DNA of 64,000 nucleotides, taken from the NCBI GenBank assembly GCA_030390025.1, contig CM059432.1, positions 130,326,001 to 130,390,000 on the forward strand, in the 5' to 3' direction. Made by a program: the position numbers and the translations under genes. The notes beneath the pieces were generated by a model that was not told where the DNA came from, ran no database searches, and saw only the letters and a program-made list of their open reading frames with translations. Below, piece after piece: positions 1 through 11,255 of the stretch (position 1 is its first letter; the number at the start of each line of letters is the position of its first letter). Source of the DNA: Squalus acanthias. Lineage: Eukaryota.

Positions 1-50
1 CAGAACTCCTTCTCTGTCTCCCCCTCCCTGTGGTACATATTTGATGTGAT

Positions 51-195
51 GCGGAGATGCCGGTGTTGGACTGGGGTGGACAAAAATGAGAAGTCGCACA
101 ACACCAGGTTATAGTCCAACAGTTTTATTTGAAATTACGAGCTTTCGGAGCGCTGCTCCTTCGTCAGGTAAAGTGTCAGGTGTTGTGCGACTTCT
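51..195 (-). mobile_element. Short Penelope-like (pLTR-derived) insertion carrying a hammerhead motif
   Basis: Flanked by a 15-bp direct repeat CATATTTGATGTGAT (36-50, 196-210). 20-bp inverted repeat (86-105 vs 179-198). Close homologue at 41990-42140. Penelope assignment is inferred from the hammerhead motif plus inverted terminal segment. Confidence 0.7.
135..171 (-). ncRNA. Minimal type I hammerhead ribozyme motif
   Basis: Minus strand reads UUAC-CUGACGA-A-GGAGC-AGC-GCUCC-GAA-AGCU-C-GUAA: CUGANGA and GAAA core boxes, 5-bp stem II, 4-bp stem I, palindromic AGCU in place of stem III, CUC cleavage triplet. Confidence 0.7.
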
Positions 196-2769
196 CATAT
201 TTGATGTGATTTAGTCTTGCCCAAGGTTCCACGAAGTCCATTGTTCGAGCGAAATTGGCATCGTTGTCTTATCCAATTGAAGATCCATCGAAACCCATTA
301 AAACACCAAGTCTCATTGTCCAAAGTTAAATCACCTATCGAGACGCTCATTGTCCAAAGCAAATGTCTTTTCCATAGTTAAATTGAAACTCACAGGTGTG
401 TCTGTGCTTCTAGGTCCAACTGCACCACGCCCCTACCACTGGGCCAAACAGACTGCTGGTCGAACAGCAGTAACAATCATACAAATCCTTGGGGCCTGCT
501 CCGATGCTTACAAAAGGGACAAACAAGTAAAAAAGTAGAGAACCAGGAGACATGGAGAAGGACATCAGGAGAGAGAGAGAACCTTCCAGACAGAGAGGAG
601 TAAAAGGCAGACCATATCCTCTGACTTATAATGAGCTATGCCATGGGAGACCTATGATTTGTAGATCGTAATTTATCTGAAAAACACAGACTAACCAAAC
701 TGCATATCAATGCAGTGGAATTTAAATTGTCAGTGACTTAGATTTTAACTTCCCCTGTAAATTATGTGTGTAAACTTCTGCTGCATAAAAAGAATTGTTT
801 TCCATATGATTAGAGTAACCTTTTTAATCACTATATTTGTGGGTGTCCTGGCGAGGTCAGATTTTTGCGCTCATTTTCCTGTTGTGTTTTACAAGGGAAT
901 AAAACAGGAAGCAAAATAAAATTGAAACCATCAATATATAATAGTGCCTATCATTTCAAATTAATATAAGTTGTTCATGGAAAACTGCAATTTCTCTGGT
1001 TCACTGTCCTCCCAGAGAAAAATGATTGACATTAAATGCAGAACATTCTGATGATAATATGCATGAACAAGAGAACATAACCCAGGGAATATCATGGGTC
1101 AATTTTTTTTTTAACTACAATACAGACACTGCTGCAAAATATAATGATCAAATGAAGGGTGCAATGGTTTTACATTTCAACCATAGTACTTAAAGTATCA
1201 AAGGTGTCAAAGTAACTAATGTGATGATGGTTTAAGCACTTTGGTATGTCTTATTGTATTAAAAACACCATCAATGCAAGATGCTGTTTCTGGAATTACT
1301 GTCCAAAATGAAAAGTTATTTAAAACAAATAAGCAGTTGGGACTGTGCAACTGGCCTCTGTGTTCCTAGGCTAATGATGGTGAAAAAAATTACCATCCGG
1401 TGAGCCTTGCTCAAACTTACATATGCATGGTTGTTGAGTGAGGTTGGCATTGACCTTGGCTACGATGAAATAGCTCACTGGCACTCACACACGTGCAGAA
1501 TAGGTACTTGGGTGAGGTACCAGTGAGTCAGTAAGAGAAGGGGTAAAGGCATGGGAGCAGCGAAGGAAAGAGAAAATTAAGTGGAATACAGATGTGCAAC
1601 ACTCAGCACTAACATGAAAGTCAGAACGCTGTTGAACATCTTTAATTATCTATATCTTTATTCTTGCAATGAAGAAAAGGGCATCTAAAATTAAGAATTT
1701 GATTTCTGGGCAATCTTTAAGTTTGGAGCAAATCCGTCAAGATTCCTTGGATATCTGTTTGTGAAGAATCACTGTTAAAATGTTTATTCTGGTGGGATGT
1801 GGTTTAACCCTTAAAGTGCCACGGATGAGTTACTCATCCAGGCACTGTCCGACTCCAGGTCTTTCTGACGATCATGCTTTTTGGCAGCGCTCCCTCCTAG
1901 TTTAACATGTTACACATACAGGTTTGATCTGGTCATGTCAATGATGCAACTGTGTCAATGTTACTGTTTTTGAAGGTTTTAATGTCAGTTTTCAGCCAAT
2001 TATACCATTTTTTGAGGAATGTGCTCCAAGATACATAACTTTAAATAACCAGCAGTAGGCAGAGGTGGCAGAGCAAGTCAGTGCCAGGAGCACCATGCCA
2101 TTGACCTGGCTGCGATGCTGGAAGAAGTTTAATGACCTGACCAGGGTTGCTAAGGTAAGATTTCTTACCCAGATCTCGCATCAATCTGTTTAACCTTGCA
2201 CTACCTGTAGCCCCAGCACTCCTAATCCTTCCCTCCCTGATTGCCAGCACTGCCTTCCTAATGCCACACTCTGCACCTGCTAATTTCCTCAGTATTACTG
2301 CCTTCATCTCCTTACACCTCTGCCACCCTTCACACGCTAGCACCACTATTTCAACTTGACATGCACATCCTCAAAGCATCTCACTAACACTTCCAGAGCA
2401 AGCTGGCAACCAATAATATGAAGCAGGTGAGGACAGGAGGTGGGAGAGCATCCATTAACGTCCTCTCCCCAGTCGAGGAGAACATCATGGATTGAAATGG
2501 ATCATGGGGATGGGATGCGTCAGGGACATGGTGAGTGGCAAGGCTGGTGGACACATCCTGCAGGATTCTTGACCATCTTACACTCTGTCCCTTCTCACTG
2601 AAATCTCACCCTCACACACTATGTATGACAAAATGCAGCTGCTTTCAGCAGCCACTCATCTGTCTCTGCTTATCCTTGAAACTAAATACGAATCCTTGTC
2701 CATCTCTTCCCTTTCAGGTAAAGCAAGCGTAGAGCACCCAGAGGATGAGGAGTTGGACAAGGAGGGGCC

Positions 2770-5700
2770 ACAGGGAGGGGGAAACTAAAGACAATCACTA
2801 TCACTAAGGAAATAGTACTCGGTAAAATAATGGGACTAAAAGACGACAAGTCCCCTGGACCAGATGGCCTGCATCCCAGGGTCTTAAAAGAAGTGGCTGC
2901 AGAGATAGTAGATGCATTGGTTGCAGTATACCAAAATTCCCTGGACTCTGGAGAGGTCCCAGCGGATTGGAAAACTGCAAATGTAACACCCCTATTTAAG
3001 AAAGGAGGGAGACAGAAAGCAGGAAACTATAGACCAGTTAGCCTAACATCTGTCATTGGGAAAATGCTGCAGTCCTTCATTAAGGAAGCAGTAGCAGGGC
3101 ATTTGGAAAATCATAATGCAGTCAAGCAGAGTCAGCATGGTTTTATGAAAGGGAAATCATGTTTAACAAACTTGCTGGAGTTTTTTGAGGAGGTAACGAG
3201 CAGGGTGGATAAGGGTGAGCCAGTGGATGTGGTGTATTTGGATTTCCAGAAGGCATTCGATAAGGTGCCACATAAAAGGTTACTGCATAAGATAAGAGCT
3301 CACGGAGTTGGGGGTAATATATTAGCATGAATAGAGAATTGGCTAATGAACAGAAAGCAGAGTCGGGATAAATGGGTAATTTTCCGGTTGGCAAACGGTA
3401 ACTAGTGGGGTGCCACAGGGATCGGTGCTGGGGCCTCAACTATTTACAATCTACATTAATGATTTGGATGAAGGGACCGAGTGTAATGTAGCCAAGTATG
3501 TGGATGATACAAAGATGGGTGGGAAAGCAAGTTGTGCAGAGGACTCAAAAGAATCTGCAAAGGGATATAGACAGGCTAAGTGAGTGGGCAAACATTTGGC
3601 AGATGGAGTATAATATGGGAAAGTGCAAGGTTATCTACATGGCAGGAAAAGTAAAAAAGCAAATTATTATTTAAATGGAGAGAGATTACAAAATGCTACA
3701 GTTCAGAGGGACCTGGGGGTCCTTGTGCATGAAACACACAAAGTTAGCATGCAGGTACAGCAAAAAATAGGACCTCAAAGATAGTAAAATCAGGATTGCT
3801 ACCAGTGCCACGTGCTAGTCAGAGTAGAAATAGAAGGATATTTCAGATAAATACGTGGCTAGAGGAATGGGACCGATGTCATAGGGGGAGTGTTTGCTAG
3901 TGCTGTTGGGGAGGGTTTAAACTAAATGGCAGGGGGTTGGGAACCTGTGCAGGGTGACAGAGGAAAGGGAAGCAAGGATAGAAGCAAAAGACAGGAAGGA
4001 GAAAAGCAAAAGTGGCAGTCAGAGAAATCAAGGGTGTAAATCAAACATGGCCACAGTAAATAATAATTCTAAAAGGTCTAAGAGTGTTAAAAAAACAAGC
4101 CTGAAGGCTTTGTGTCTTAATGCGAGGAGCATTCGTAATAAGGTGGATGAATTAGCTGCTCAAATAGATGTAAACGGATATGATATAATTGGGATTACGG
4201 AGACATGGCTTCAGGGTGACCAAGGCTGGGAATTCAACATCCAGGGGTATTCAATATTCAGGAAAGACAGGCAAAAAGGAAAAGGAGGTGGGGTAGCATT
4301 GCTGGTTAAAGAGGAAATTAACACAATAGTAAGGAAGGATATTAGCTCTGATGATGTGGAATCTGTATGGGTAGAGCTGAGAAATACCAAGGGGCAGAAA
4401 ACGTTAGTGGGAGTTGTATACAGACCCCCAAACAGTAATGCTGAGGTTGGGGATGGCATTAAACGGGAAATTAGAGATGCGTGCAATAAGGGCACAGCAG
4501 TTATCATGGGTGACTTTAATCTACATATAGATTGGGCTAACCAAATTAGTAACAATACTGTGGAGGAATTCCTAGAGTGTATACGGGATGGTTTCCTGGA
4601 CCAATATGTCGAGGAACCAACTAGAGATCAGGCCATCTTAGACTGGGTATTATGTAATGAGAAAGGATTAATTAGCAATCTTGTTGTGCGAGGCCCCTTG
4701 GGGAGGAGCGATCATAATATGATAGAATTCTTCATTAAGATGGAGAGTGAAGTAGTTGACTCAGAGACTAGGGTCCTGAATTTAAATAAAAGAAACTACA
4801 ATGGTACGAGGCGCGAGTTGGCTAGGGTGGATTGGGGAACGTTACTTAAAGGGTTGACGGTGGATAGGCAATGGCAAACATTTGAAGATCGCATGGATGA
4901 ACTACAGGATTTGTTCATCCCTGTTTGGCATAAAAATAAAACAAAAAAGGTGACTCAACCATGGCTAACAAGGGAAATTAGGGATAGCATAAGATCCAAG
5001 GAGAGGACATATAAATTGGCCAGAAAAAGCAGAAAACCTGAGGATTGGGAGCAGTTTAGGATTCAGCAAAGGAGGACAAAGGGATTAATTAAGAGGGGAA
5101 AAATAGAATATGAGAGTAAGCTTGCAGGGAACATAAAAACTGACTGTAAAAGCTTCTATAGATATGTGAAGAGAAAAAGATTGGTGAAGTCAAGCGTAGG
5201 TCCCTTGCAGTCAGAATCAGGGGAATTTATAATGGGGAACAAAGAAATGTCAGACCAATTAAATACATACTTTGGTTCTGTCTTCACAAAGGAGGACACA
5301 AATAACCTCCCAGAGATGTCGGGGAACATAGGATCTAATGAGAGGGAGGAACTGAATGAAATCAGTATTTGTAGGGAAATGGTGTTAGGGAAATTGACGG
5401 GATTGAAGGCCGATAAATCCCCAGGGCCTGATAATCTACATCCTAGGGTACTTAAGGAAGTGGCCCTAGAAATAGTAGATGCATTGCTGGTCATCTTCCA
5501 AAATTCTATAGACACTGGAACAGTTCCCATGGATTGGAGGGTAGCTAATGTAACCCCACTGTTTAAAAAAGGTGGTAGAGAGAAAACGGGGAATTATAGA
5601 CCGGTAAGCCTGACATCGGTAGTGGGGAAAATGCTAAAGTCCATTATAAAAGATGTAATAGCAGAGCACTTGGAAAACAGTGACAGGATCGGACAAAGTC

Positions 5701-7390
5701 AACATGGATTTACAAAAGGTAAATCATGCTTGACTAATCTACTGGAATTTTTTGAGGATGTAACTGGTAGAATAGATAAGGGAGAACCAGTGGATGTGGT
5801 GTATTTGGACTTTCAGAAGGCTTTCGATAAGGTCCCACATAAGAGATTAGCGTGCAAAGTTAAAGCACATGGGATTGGGGGTAAGGTACTGACTTGGATA
5901 GAGAACTGGTTGGCAGACAGGAAGCAAAGAGTTGGAATAAACGGGTCTTTTTCCAAGTGGCAGGCAGTGACTAGTGGGGTACCGCAGGGATCGGTGCTAG
6001 GACCCCAGCTATTCACAATATATGTTAATGATCTAGACGAGGGAACTAGATGTAATATCTCCAAGTTTGCAGACGACACAAAGCTGGGTGGGCGTGTGTG
6101 CTGTGAGGAAGATGTAGAGAAACTCCAGTATGATTTGGATAGGTTGGGTGATTGGGCAGATGCATGGCAGATGCAGTATAATGTGGATAAATGCGAAGTT
6201 ATCCACTTTGGTGGCAAAAACAGGAAGGCAGATTATTATCTGAACGGCAATAGATTGGGAAAAGGGGAAGTGCAATGCGCTGAAGGTAAGCATGCAGGTG
6301 CAGCAGGCGGTTAAGAAGGCAAATGGTTTGTTGGCCTTCATAGCGAGAGGATTCGAGTACAGGAGCAAGGATGTCTTGCTGCAGTTGTACAGGGCCTTGG
6401 TGAGACCACACCTTGAGTATTGTGTGCAGTTTTGGTTGCCTTATCTGAGGAAGGATGTTCTTGCCATGGAGGGAGTGCAGCGAAGATTCACCAGACTGAT
6501 ACCTGGGATGGCAGGAATGAAGTATGAAGAGAGATTGGGTCGATTAGGCTTGTATTCGCTAGAGTTTAGAAGAATGAGAGGGGATCTCATTGAAACTTAT
6601 AAAATTCTAACAGGACTAGACAGACTAGATGCAGGAAGGATGTTCCCGATGGTGGGGGAGTCCAGAACCAGGGGTCACAGTCTAAGGATAAGGGGTAAGC
6701 CATTTAGGACTGAGATGAGGAGGAATTTCTTCACCCAGAGAGTGGCCTACTCCTGCTCCTATCTTCAATGTTTCTAAGTAATCAAAAAGGCAAATGGAGT
6801 GTTGGCCTTTATTGCAAGGGGGTTGTACAGGGTATTGGTGAGACCACACCTTGAGTACTGCATACAGTTTTGGTCTCCTTATTTAAGGAAGGATATACTT
6901 GCATTGGTGGCAGTTCAGAGATGATTCACTCGGTTGATTCCTGAGATGAGGGGGTTGACTTATGAAGAAAGGTTGAGCCTATGCTCATTGGAATTTAGAA
7001 GAATGAGAGGTGATCTTATTGAAACATATAAGATACTGAGGGGGCTCGACAAGGTAAATGCAGAGAGGATTTTTCCCCTCGTGGGGAAATCTAGAACTCG
7101 AGGGCATAGTTTCAGAATAAAGGGTCACCCTTTTAGAACTGAGATGAGGAGGAATTTCTTCTCTCAGAGGGTCTGTAAATCTGTGGAATTCTCTGCCCCA
7201 GAGAGTCGTGGAGGCTGGGTCATTAACTACATTTAAGGTGGAGATAGACAGATTTTTGCAAGATAAGGGAGTGAAGGGTTATGGGGAGCGGGCACGGAAG
7301 TGGCTTTGAGCCCAAGATCAGCCATGATCTTATTGAATGGCGGAGCAGGCTCGAGGGGCCAAGTGGCCTATTCCTGCTCCTATTTCTTAT
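2770..7390 (+). mobile_element. CR1 LINE, 5'-truncated (subfamily B), split by a second CR1 at ~3764-6775
   Basis: RT motifs KSPGPDGLHPRVLKE, NYRPVSLTS, YLDFQKAFDKVPH. Sequence breaks at GGTACAGCAA (3763) and resumes AAGTAATCAAAAAGG (6776), contiguous in the copy at ~17690. Ends in CR1 3' UTR CCTGCTCCTATTTCTTAT. Confidence 0.92.
3764..6775 (+). mobile_element. CR1 LINE (young subfamily A): ORF1 3' end plus nearly complete ORF2 (APE endonuclease + RT)
   Basis: 786-aa ORF 3954-6314 with CLNARS, GITETW, GDFN, SDH (APE) and [14 protein letters not shown] (RT). Continues in another frame at 6292-6777 after a ~26-bp deletion. Near-identical to 22651-23671 and 42498-42921. Confidence 0.95.
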
Positions 7391-8399
7391 GACAGCACTA
7401 ATGAAGACACAGCAGCACTCGGCCTATAAAGCACCAACTCAGAGACAGACACCATGAGAGGATAGGCTCGATGTCTTTCACTGGGAGACTCATCAAGCAC
7501 TAGCGCACAGGAGCATGGGCAGGGGGATAGAACGACCCAGGAAGCAGCTTGCCAGAGGGAGAGTTTGCATCCTAGCCCTATTGCAGAGGGCACAGATGAA
7601 AACCTTGAGGGCATAGTCTACATAAAAAGACTGATCGCTATACACTAGGGAGTTCTAACTGCACTTGGCAGCCTGCAAATGAGCTTGCGCACAATGGCAC
7701 AGAACATGGAAGAGTCCAGCTTTAATTTGTGTGGAGTCATCCAGCACGACATTGAGATCATGCAGTCAAACATGGAGCATTTGGTCAGCTCTATGAACAC
7801 TGCAGCGGGGGCAACAATGATGGTGCTTTTGGTACAGCTCTGATAGCATCGCTGGGAGCTCAGACTGCTGCCATCGTGGCTCTGGGGTCTAGCATCTCCT
7901 CAGGCATTCAATCCATGAAGGAGAGCATGCATAGGGACTTCCGGAGCATCATTACACTCCTTCACTCTGTTCTCACGCAGAGCAGTGTGATTGTAGAGAC
8001 ACAGCCCCATGACAGTGGCATTGGTTGCATGGGAGAGGCTCATGTTGTCCTCTCTCAGGATAACAGAATGCCTGTTCCCCTGCCAACTTCTGACCCATTG
8101 CCTTTGTTGATGGTCGATGCCGAGACACAGCAGTCTGCAGCCGAGCCCTCAAGGGCCAGAGCTGCTTGAGGTCACCCACCACGGCCACCGCAAATGCCCT
8201 CAGTGAATGATCAACAATCTTCCACATCCCAGACTCCAGTGACAGTGGAACCACCTCGTAGGACCACTACAATAGGTCAACGGGCACAGAGGCCAGGCAC
8301 TGAGGGACTGCACTTGGGTGATTTCACCACCATCAGGGAACAAAAATTTGTTAAATTCAGAATCTGCAAGATATAAAGTAGAGGGATTTTTTTTGCATT

Positions 8400-9400
8400 C
8401 AGGGTGGTCTTCATATTCTTTACTCACTTGGGGCTGTACTGTAGGACTCTTCCAAAGCTGTTCAGACATCGGAAGCTTTGTTTGAGGATGCTCAATGAGA
8501 GCTCTTGTTCTTGTGTGGCCCTCATTGTATTGGCACTCTGCAACTGTGACCAGGCCCTTGACAAGAGGCATGAGCCAGGTATAGAGGGATACCCCCTGCC
8601 TCCAAGTAGCCAGAGTGAGACCTGCTGGTCTGTGTGGAAGGCAGGGGGAGGAGGGGGGCAGGGGGCATTGAGGAGTGGCACATCATGACTACTGCCATGA
8701 AACCAGGCAGACCTGGATTATCTGCTGTCTGTGGTCACACACCAGCTGCATGTTGAGGGAATGGAACTCCTTCCTATTATAAAGCATGGTTGATTCTTGA
8801 CAGGGATAACGCAGGGCAACGAGTGTGCAGTCAATTATGCCCGGCACCTGGGAAAATTCAGCAATGCGGACAAATCCGAGAGCTCTCTCCACCTGAACAG
8901 AAGCCTCTATAGGGAAGGTGATGAATTGCTGTCTCCTTGCAAAGAGGGCATCCGTCACCTGCTTGACGGCTGTGTGGACAGCAAACTGACTGATGTTGCT
9001 GATGGCACCTGTTACAGCCTGGAATCAGCCTCTGGTGTACAAGTTGAGGGCCAAGGTTATCTTTACAGCCACAGGCAATGCTGTGTGTTTCCTGGTGTTT
9101 GGCTCAAATTCCTGCTGCAACAATTGATGTAGGTCAGTTCTGATGAAACATTAACTCTGTTTCTCTCTCTCTCCACAGATGCTGCCTAACTTGCTGAATG
9201 TTTCCAGCATTTTGTTTTTAGGTCAGTGACTGCCTGACTGCAAATTGCAGAGCCTCCTCATGCACTGCTTCACTGTCAAGTTCAGGTATAAAATTCTGTT
9301 CTGGAAGACCCGCATCCTGTAAGGCCCCTCGTGCCCTTGCCTCCTTCGCCCACTTCTTTGAGCCTGCACAGGATCTGCTGCCGTGCTGGTTGCCACTGTT
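8400..9400 (-). pseudogene. Decayed PIF/Harbinger (HARBI1-like, DDE_Tnp_4) transposase
   Basis: Minus-strand fragments ALPVAVKITLALNLYTRG*FQ..ISQ, GIIDCTLVAL..YNRKEFHSLNMQLVCDH, LWLLGGRGYP, HTRTRALIE, LKQSFRCL. Convergent with the Myb/SANT gene, as expected for Harbinger. Stops and frameshifts present. Confidence 0.88.
9139..9218 (+). mobile_element. 80-bp retroelement fragment (probably Penelope pLTR-related) inserted in the Harbinger transposase
   Basis: 9-bp direct repeat TAGGTCAGT (9130-9138, 9219-9227). Removing it rejoins the transposase frame (AVTDLHQLLQQ). Begins with a CTGATGAAAC remnant. Confidence 0.6.
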
Positions 9401-10837
9401 CCCCCGGTGTGGCAGCTTTAATGGCAATCCCAGTAACATCCCTAATTTCCCCAGTACTACTGCAGCCAAAGAAGTAAAACAGTGCAGCTGCAGATAAAAG
9501 TCAGTTGTGCAACAGCTCTGTATCAAAAACTTTCTAAACTCAGCCAAAAGAGCCACAGAATGGCTCCAAACGCCCCCACAGCAGCCTAAAATGACTATCA
9601 AGAGACTTACCTTAATGGAGGTGAAAGGTGAGGATCCCTTTCAATACCGCTGCCACAGCCTGCTTCCGGAGTGATCACACCAAGTTTTGCTGAGCTGGCT
9701 TAAGAATAAGTGAATCAAATGCTCCCAGGCACCAATTTACAAAAAGAGTCCTAATACAAGTACAAAACCCCCATTTAAAGATTTTAATGAGCCCAGTGTT
9801 CATTTCAGGCAGCCGCCAAAGGGATGCCTTCACCAATATGGCGGCTGCCACATTCCCTGTGCACTTCCGGCGTGGGACATCCCACTGTGAAATCAGTATG
9901 TTGAACGCCCATTTAAAACCTGAAAACTGGGGTGAAACGCTATTTAATTTCTAACCTTTTGTCTTTTAACTTTTGAGCCAATTGTGGAGTGGTTGGGTCC
10001 AAACTGGTAGCACCCATTCATGGGGGTGGAGCTGGAAGCTGGTTTGGCCCCCAGCCAGTGTGGAGTGTTTGGTGGGGCCTGATTGTAAGATGCAACTGGC
10101 AGACAGGGGTGACTGATCAGCACCAACTGACGCTGAGAGTTTCAATTTAAATATCCACAAATTTTGTCGTCAAGTAAATTTGAGCACCTTCAGAGCTGTT
10201 CCTAATAGGTGTAGATGGAGAACACAGGGCACATGGTACATGATGCCATGTCATGCATTGAAGACATACATCTGAGACACGTGTTCCCATTTGCCACAAT
10301 TAATGCCAGCACACACTGACAGTGACGTTTAAATCCCTATGGTGACAATGAGGTAGAAGCTCAACACCATACTAGACTGTAGCATGTAAACAGTGGTCAA
10401 TCAATCTGAGGGGAAAAACCTGACATATCAATGCATGCTCAGGCTTTCTATACAATGCAGGAATCGGGTGACCATGTGGACTGACATCAAAAAGTCTTGA
10501 GAGATAGTCCCTCCGTATGTTTATTCCTAGGAATATGTCCCAGTATCTGTTCACTCCAGCGGTATGTGGAGGACGTCAGAATGAAGAATCATCCAGAATA
10601 CTGGTTGATCTACATTCATATTACAGGAGAGGTTTACTGTTATTGCAGCTTTGAGCAATGCTTTGATGATTAACAGGTCTGCCCCAAATAGTTCCAGCAA
10701 TGAGTCATTCTGACTAGCTTAATCTTTCTCACTGCATTTGAATGCAGTTAATAATTGTATTTGGGATTTACTGTAGAAATGCTGCAAACCCTGTATAACA
10801 AGATATAAAAAGCCAACTATTTAAAGAGACACTATTT

Positions 10838-11255
10838 AACCTCCCAGATGGCTCCCTGGGAAAATGTGCCACCAATTGTGGTACTGAGCCATATACTCCT
10901 GCAAGGGTTCAGGTTCAATTCCTGGTCTATGCTGAGTTAGCCGATCTTAGTTTCAGGTGTCACCAGGTAGACTACAGGTGTCCTCAGCACCCCTGGGGTA
11001 GGAAGGATTAAAAGAAACCAGGAATCTAACTCCTGATTACTATCCCCGTGGAAAGGGTCGACGTATGGATGCTGGGTGAGGAGAGGACCACTCTTGGTTT
11101 TAATACCCCCACCACCAAGTAAGTTGTTGACACTCACAAAATTCACACATGAAGAATGGTAACTTGGCCAAGGTACTGAATAACTTCCAATGGTCATGAA
11201 GTTGTAGATCACCAGTTAGTGCCTTCAAAAGGGAGAAAATTGGAGCGAGGGGAAA
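10838..11255 (+). mobile_element. Old tRNA-headed SINE (best-preserved copy of a degraded family)
   Basis: A-box-like TGGCTCCCTGG (10849) and B-box GGTTCAATTCC (10912-10922). Shares blocks GCTGAGTTAGCYGATCT and CTCCTGATTRCTATCC with 61260-61563 (-) and other degraded copies. Confidence 0.55.

Larger units (their letters stand above)
2051..8310 (+). pseudogene. Decayed Myb/SANT-like gene of a PIF/Harbinger transposon, interrupted by nested CR1s (~2770-7390)
   Basis: Exon 1 reads Q*AEVAEQVSARSTMPLTWLRCWKKFNDLTRVAK then GTAAGA (2155). Exon 2 (2397-2530) reads SKLATNNMKQVRTGGGRASINVLSPVEE, the typical W..VA..V..C.KKFNDL / RTGGG..LSP.EE pattern. Exon 3 starts at 2718 after CTTTCAG and resumes near 7391. 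Confidence 0.75.

Noticed and set aside
1..10. CAGAACTCCT also occurs at ~42158, near the other hammerhead element
   Set aside because: Only 10 bp and on different sides of the two elements; compatible with chance.
4211..6411. Antisense ORFs overlapping CR1 ORF2 (similar ones over other LINEs)
   Set aside because: Shadow frames of the retroelement coding strand, with no independent protein motifs.
8400..9400. Domesticated host HARBI1 gene
   Set aside because: Contains stops, frameshifts and a TE insertion, and sits beside its Myb partner, so it is a dead transposon copy.
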